DNA from: Vitrella brassicaformis CCMP3155 | Lineage: Eukaryota > Protista > Chromerida | Length of the DNA stretch: 64,000 bases | Assembly: GCA_001179505.1 (NCBI GenBank) | Contig: CDMY01000281.1 | Coordinates: 1-64,000, forward strand | Reading direction: 5' to 3' | Program-made: the position numbers and the translations under genes | Part shown: piece after piece, positions 59,449-64,000 of the stretch | How the letters are laid out: every line of letters starts with the position of its first letter | Position numbering within the stretch: the stretch's first letter is position 1 | Notes under the pieces: generated by a model | Databases searched by the model: none | Seen by the model: the letters and a program-made list of their open reading frames with translations, nothing else | What the model was told of the DNA's origin: nothing

Positions 59449-61892
59449 GGGTTGTCGGTCACACAACACACACATACGGCCTCTGCTTTGCTGCAAGAAG
59501 GTCGCCTTTTGATCAAGTGAGCTCACTAAGCTGGATTGCGTGTCCTGCCTGCCTATATTGCCTGCCTGGTTGTCTGTCTCTTCTTGAATGAGGGAGGGAG
59601 GGAGGGAGGGGGGCAGGGGGGGAGCGGTTACATCAGTCTCTCTGTCTGTGAAGTGTGTAGTATCTATCTACTTGTGTCCTGCCTGCCTGCCTGCCAGCCA
59701 CACACCCGTGCGCGTGGCCGGCCGACCCAGCCACTCACCGTTTTCGCTGCCCGATTTTTCGCCCGTCGGTCGATCCCTCCATCCATTCATCGGGCAGACA
59801 GCAGAGTGAGTGGCAGACACTGGTTCAGTTCTTTCTTTCTGAGCGTCAATGGCCGTCTCGCGGTGGTGTGCTGTGTTCCGAGGGGTGCGAACGTGATCTC
59901 TTGGAACGAGCACACACACACACGCCTGATGGTGGTGTGTCTGGATGGCTGGCTGCTGTCCGAGGTGGGTGTGGGGGGCATGCGTGTGTGGGTTTGTGGT
60001 GGTGGTGATGGTGTTGGTTGTGTGTCTGTGTGTGGTCATGCTTTGACTGCGGGGGGTTGATGGTGATGGGAGGGGGATGGGGGGTAGATAGGGGGTCCTC
60101 TAGCTAGGTTCTTTGTATCATAGTTCATTGGCCGGTGTGATGGCATGGAGTAAGTGGACACACACACGGGCACACACACATATATATACACATGCGATCT
60201 CGATCACGATCTCATCTATCTCGGTGGGTGCACCATGCAATCCTCCAGTGGACCTTTGAGACGGCGAGACGTCAGCGAATGCACTTCGCTGAATGTCTCT
60301 CCGTCTCTGGCAGCTGCGGAAGGCTTGCTGGGGCACTGCACTGATGAACTGACTGATGAGCCATCTACACAGCATATGGAGCAGATAGACACCACACCCT
60401 TTTAATCTCTTTCTGTCTGTTGGTGGAGGTGGGGCGGGCTGTCTTTCTGATCCCCATCCCCACCACGTGTTAATAGCATGGATGGATGGATGGATGGTTT
60501 GGTCAGGGGGCGGGGCGGAAGGAAAGGAGGCAGGCAGGAATGCGCCACGACGACCAGACCACCAACACGCTGCTGCCTCTGCCTTTTTTCCTTGCCAGCT
60601 GCCTGCCTGACCGACACGTGTTGTAAATAGTTGCTCGCTCGACGGATGGATGGATGGATGGATGCTCCGGACAGACGTGTGCTGCGCCGGGCATGCATAC
60701 GTCAGATCGAACGACGGGAGGGACCATGGTTGTGAGAGTTTTTGTACAGAGAGAGAGAGTCTGCGCCTCTCCCGAGGCTTCCATTCATCGATCGATCTGT
60801 GCCCATAGATAATTCATTCGCTGCATGTGCAGGGGGACGGCGGGGGAGGGGAGGGGAGGGGGGCAAAGGTGAGCCGAGGCGTCTGTGCGTCTCGGGTTTT
60901 TCTCGTCCCCCGCTCGCTCGTGCGGCGGGGGGCTTCATCTCATCCACTCGTCCGTCCACTTACTGTAGCTGACTCACTGACTCACTGACGGGTGGCGTGT
61001 TTATCTGTCTGTCTGTGTGTGTGTGTGAGGGGTGGTGTGTGTGGGGTGGTGTGTGTGGGGTGTCTTCCACTCTGGCCTGGCTGCACGATGCACCTGCTCG
61101 TGGTGTATGCCGCTTGTGGGTGGCAGATAGACTTGCTCTTGACTGGCTAGTGCTGCTTTGGATGGATGGACGGACGGACTGGTGTGTGTGTGTGTGTGTG
61201 TCGGGTGTGTGTGTGGTCGGTGCTGGCCCCGGCCCTTTCTCCCTCCCTTCCTCCCTCCCTCTGTGAGCGGCTCGATCAATGGCGTGGGCTGTTGCAGGGG
61301 AGGGCACAGGGGGGGAGGAACACCGCGGGGGCACTGCGTATTATCGTTGCGTGTGTACTTGTGTGTGTGTACTTGTGTGTGTGTGTTGCATGCCGTGACT
61401 GCCTGCCTGCCTGCCTGGGTGACTTGATCGGACCGTCATCACTACTCGCAATGTTTCTACGCTGCCGTCAATTCATATCTTCTCAAACCACGAAGGGCTG
61501 AACGATTCAGCTTTCCGCTTTGAGCCTGCCGAAACCGAAACTAAGCAATAGTGAACCTTCTACCTATCTCAGTGGCTGTCGGTCTGTCTGTCTGTCGGTC
61601 TGTCCGTCTGCTTGCCGGTTCATACCCCACCCCTCCACCCCCACAGACATGCGCACGCACACGCAGGTTTCCCCTCCCTGTCGAGTCCGTCCGTGTCGCC
61701 CCGATATTGCAACCACAGGTCTGACAGACAGACAGACAGTCACTGCTATCGATTAACAGACAGGCACTGACTGACATCACTGCCTGCCTGGCCGACCGAG
61801 CGAGCGCTCTCCGGTTGGTGTGTCGATAAAAATCACGGTCACAAACTCACTCAGTGGCTGGCTAGCTGCCACAAACTGACTGACGATTTCTA

Positions 61893-64000
61893 TCTATGTC
61901 TGCAGGACGGAGGGGCCCGGCCCGCCGGACCGGCGCTCGCTACAAGCAGACGGGAAGGAGAGCCGAGAGGAGACAGCAGAGATCTTGACATACAGCCAGA
62001 AAGGCAGGCACTTTTCGTGTCTCTGCGTACTCTTACGCCTTGCCCCCCTCTCTCGCCCTCTCTGTCCGCACCTAATCTGCTCTATATCTCCCTCCCTCCC
62101 TCCCCCCAGCGTCACTCACTCCATCTCCGTCACGGTGGCGGGGAAGACGCGTCGATAGGCCGCTCTATAAGCGTTGACGTACTCGTTGTCCTTCGTGGGC
62201 CGCCCCACCACGCTTGCCACCGAGTGCCTCGGCCCCTTCCCGCCCCCTCCCCGGCCGACGACATGAGTCAGCGCCCTCCGCACAGCCGACCCAACCTCCT
62301 CCTCTCTCTCGTGCGACAGCCGCAGGCACCTCTCATAGCCCCCCAGCACCTGCCCGTAGACCCGCGCCACCTCAGCCCAGGTCAGGCCTGCCTGCTGGAA
62401 GGCGCACTTGACGCGAACGTTGCAGGTGTCCTTGAGAGAAGGGTCGGTGGAGGTGGGGAGGTCGTCTGCTGGGAGGGTGAAGGTCGTGTGGTGGGGGAGG
62501 TGGGTCTTGAAGGTGACGAGGCCGCCCCGGACGTCGACGCGCTTGACACAGGGGGAGTGGCGATGGGAGAAGAGGGCAACGAAGTCGGCTCGGGGGGTGT
62601 TGCTCATCAGCCGATAGGTACCCTCCTGATCACATAGAGGGAGGGAGAGGTGCCGCCTCGTGCGGTGTGGTGTGTCTGCGTACCGGTCGTTTGAGTGTGA
62701 TGCGTGCGGTGTGTGCCCGCAGCGTCTCCACCACCCGAAACGCATAGCGATATCGCATCCGATGCCGAGACGACAGACTCCTGACACACACGCACGCACA
62801 CAAAGGCTCGATAGATTGCAGCACGAACAGGAAGGACGGCATTCCCTCTCCTTCATTGGCCCACCCCACCGACCTGAAGTGTATTCTCTGCGGTGCCTGT
62901 GTGGGGTCTGAGGGGTCCTCGATGCGCACAAACAGCCCCCCGGCCTCTATCACATACCGCAGCTCTCTGCTACCCTCCAACACCTGCGCACGAGGGCCCC
63001 TCTCCCTCGAGACGTCGCCATCCGACCGGTCGCCGCTCTCCCCCACCTTCCCTCGATAGGGAAACACGAAGTCGCCCCGCTCGGTCACCTCCATCAGCCC
63101 CCACTTGGTGGTCACCTTCTGGGGCGGAACGTCTCGGGTGTCAAGCAGCTCCTGCAGCATGCCGTCCTCCTCACCCCTCATCGCTGGGGCGGTGGTGGTG
63201 GTGGTGGTGGCAGCGCCGCCCTCCTGGCCACCGCCGACGCCGACACCCCCACCACCGCCACACACCCCGCCGCCCACCGACATGCCCTCGTTGTTGCCGC
63301 CCCGGTCTGACTGCGCCGAGTGCTGGCTGATGCCGTATGCCGGGATGATCGAGTTCATGCTCTGCTCCAGGGACCGGTGCGACATGGCGCAGGACGAGCC
63401 GCACACCGACCCACCTCCTCCCCCGCCCCCCACTTGTTGTGCAGGGGACCCCCCACTGCTCTGAGGGAAAGGCACGGGCGTCGGCAAGGGGAAGAAGGAC
63501 CCACCACCACCCATTATCTGCTGTCTGCGGTGCGAGTGCAGGTCGGTCATGCTCAGCGGCCCTGCGGGGGTCACTCGCTGCGATGGGGCGAGGGAGGGCG
63601 ACTGGCCGGGCGTCGAGAAGCCGTACTGCGCTCCCCCAAACAGGGGATCATATGGCGACGACAGCTGAGGGTGTGCTCGCGCCGGCGTGTTGGAATACGA
63701 CCGCAACACCAGCGACGGCGGGATGGGGGGGCGGGGGAAATCGCCCTGTGACGGCGAGGACCGGGGAGGGAGGTAGGAGGGTGGCGGGTGGCTGCCCGTG
63801 GGGCTGGAGGGGCCGAACGGGCCTGTGAAGGGGATGTGCAGGCCTGCAGCATCCCTCTCAGGGCTCCCCCGCGGCAAAGGTGGCTTGACTTTGACATTGT
63901 GCGGGTCCGCCCTCGCCGTCCAGGGCGACGCAAACCTCTCATCATCAAGCCTCGGCAGCAACGGCGGCGGTTGATGGACATCGGCCTCACCTGCCGTGTC
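61893..64000 (-). CDS. PLK4/SAK-type cryptic polo-box (PB1-PB2) protein, 5' part beyond the window edge
   Basis: KVTTKWGLMEVTERGDF, YVIEAGGLFVRI, SLSSRHRMRYRYAFRVVETLRAHTARITL, YRLMSNTPRADFVALF, GYERCLRL, FPATV align by eye with PLK4 PB1/PB2. The frame is open to position 64000. Confidence 0.72.

Noticed and set aside
59450-61890. Hidden gene or ncRNA in the 2.4-kb region between the CCCH and polo-box genes
   Set aside because: Dominated by GGAT, GGGA, CA and TG microsatellites with no coherent ORF or recognisable RNA structure; likely 3' UTRs.
1-64000. TGCATGC-type apicomplexan AP2 motifs
   Set aside because: Occur widely in TG/CA-rich introns and intergenic DNA with no clear positional bias by eye.
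1-64000. rRNA, tRNA, spliced-leader or telomeric repeats
   Set aside because: No conserved rRNA segments, tRNA cloverleaf or box motifs, or telomere arrays recognised; a covariance-model scan would be needed to exclude small RNAs.

Overview
GC-rich, intron-dense eukaryotic genomic DNA with about 23 protein-coding genes, two 300-N assembly gaps, and no rRNA, tRNA, CRISPR or transposon that I can support. Short microsatellite-filled introns, ApiAP2-type domains, a bipartite plastid-type leader and flagellar genes point to a free-living myzozoan alveolate, most likely a chromerid such as Vitrella (inference). All gene models were spliced by eye, so exon boundaries are approximate. The main findings are: (1) a TRP-like channel gene with three N-terminal globin domains, where globin 2 has Cys at the proximal-His position and globin 3 is truncated at a frameshift; (2) a PLK4-type cryptic polo box, unexpected in this lineage; (3) a recurring GCGAGCTT motif just upstream of start codons, mostly inside eight tight head-to-head gene pairs; (4) introns with 5' (CA)n and 3' (TG)n tracts that could fold into hairpins; (5) a tandem-AP2 plus SAM-like protein; (6) a DUF442-like plus ETHE1 persulfide dioxygenase fusion.
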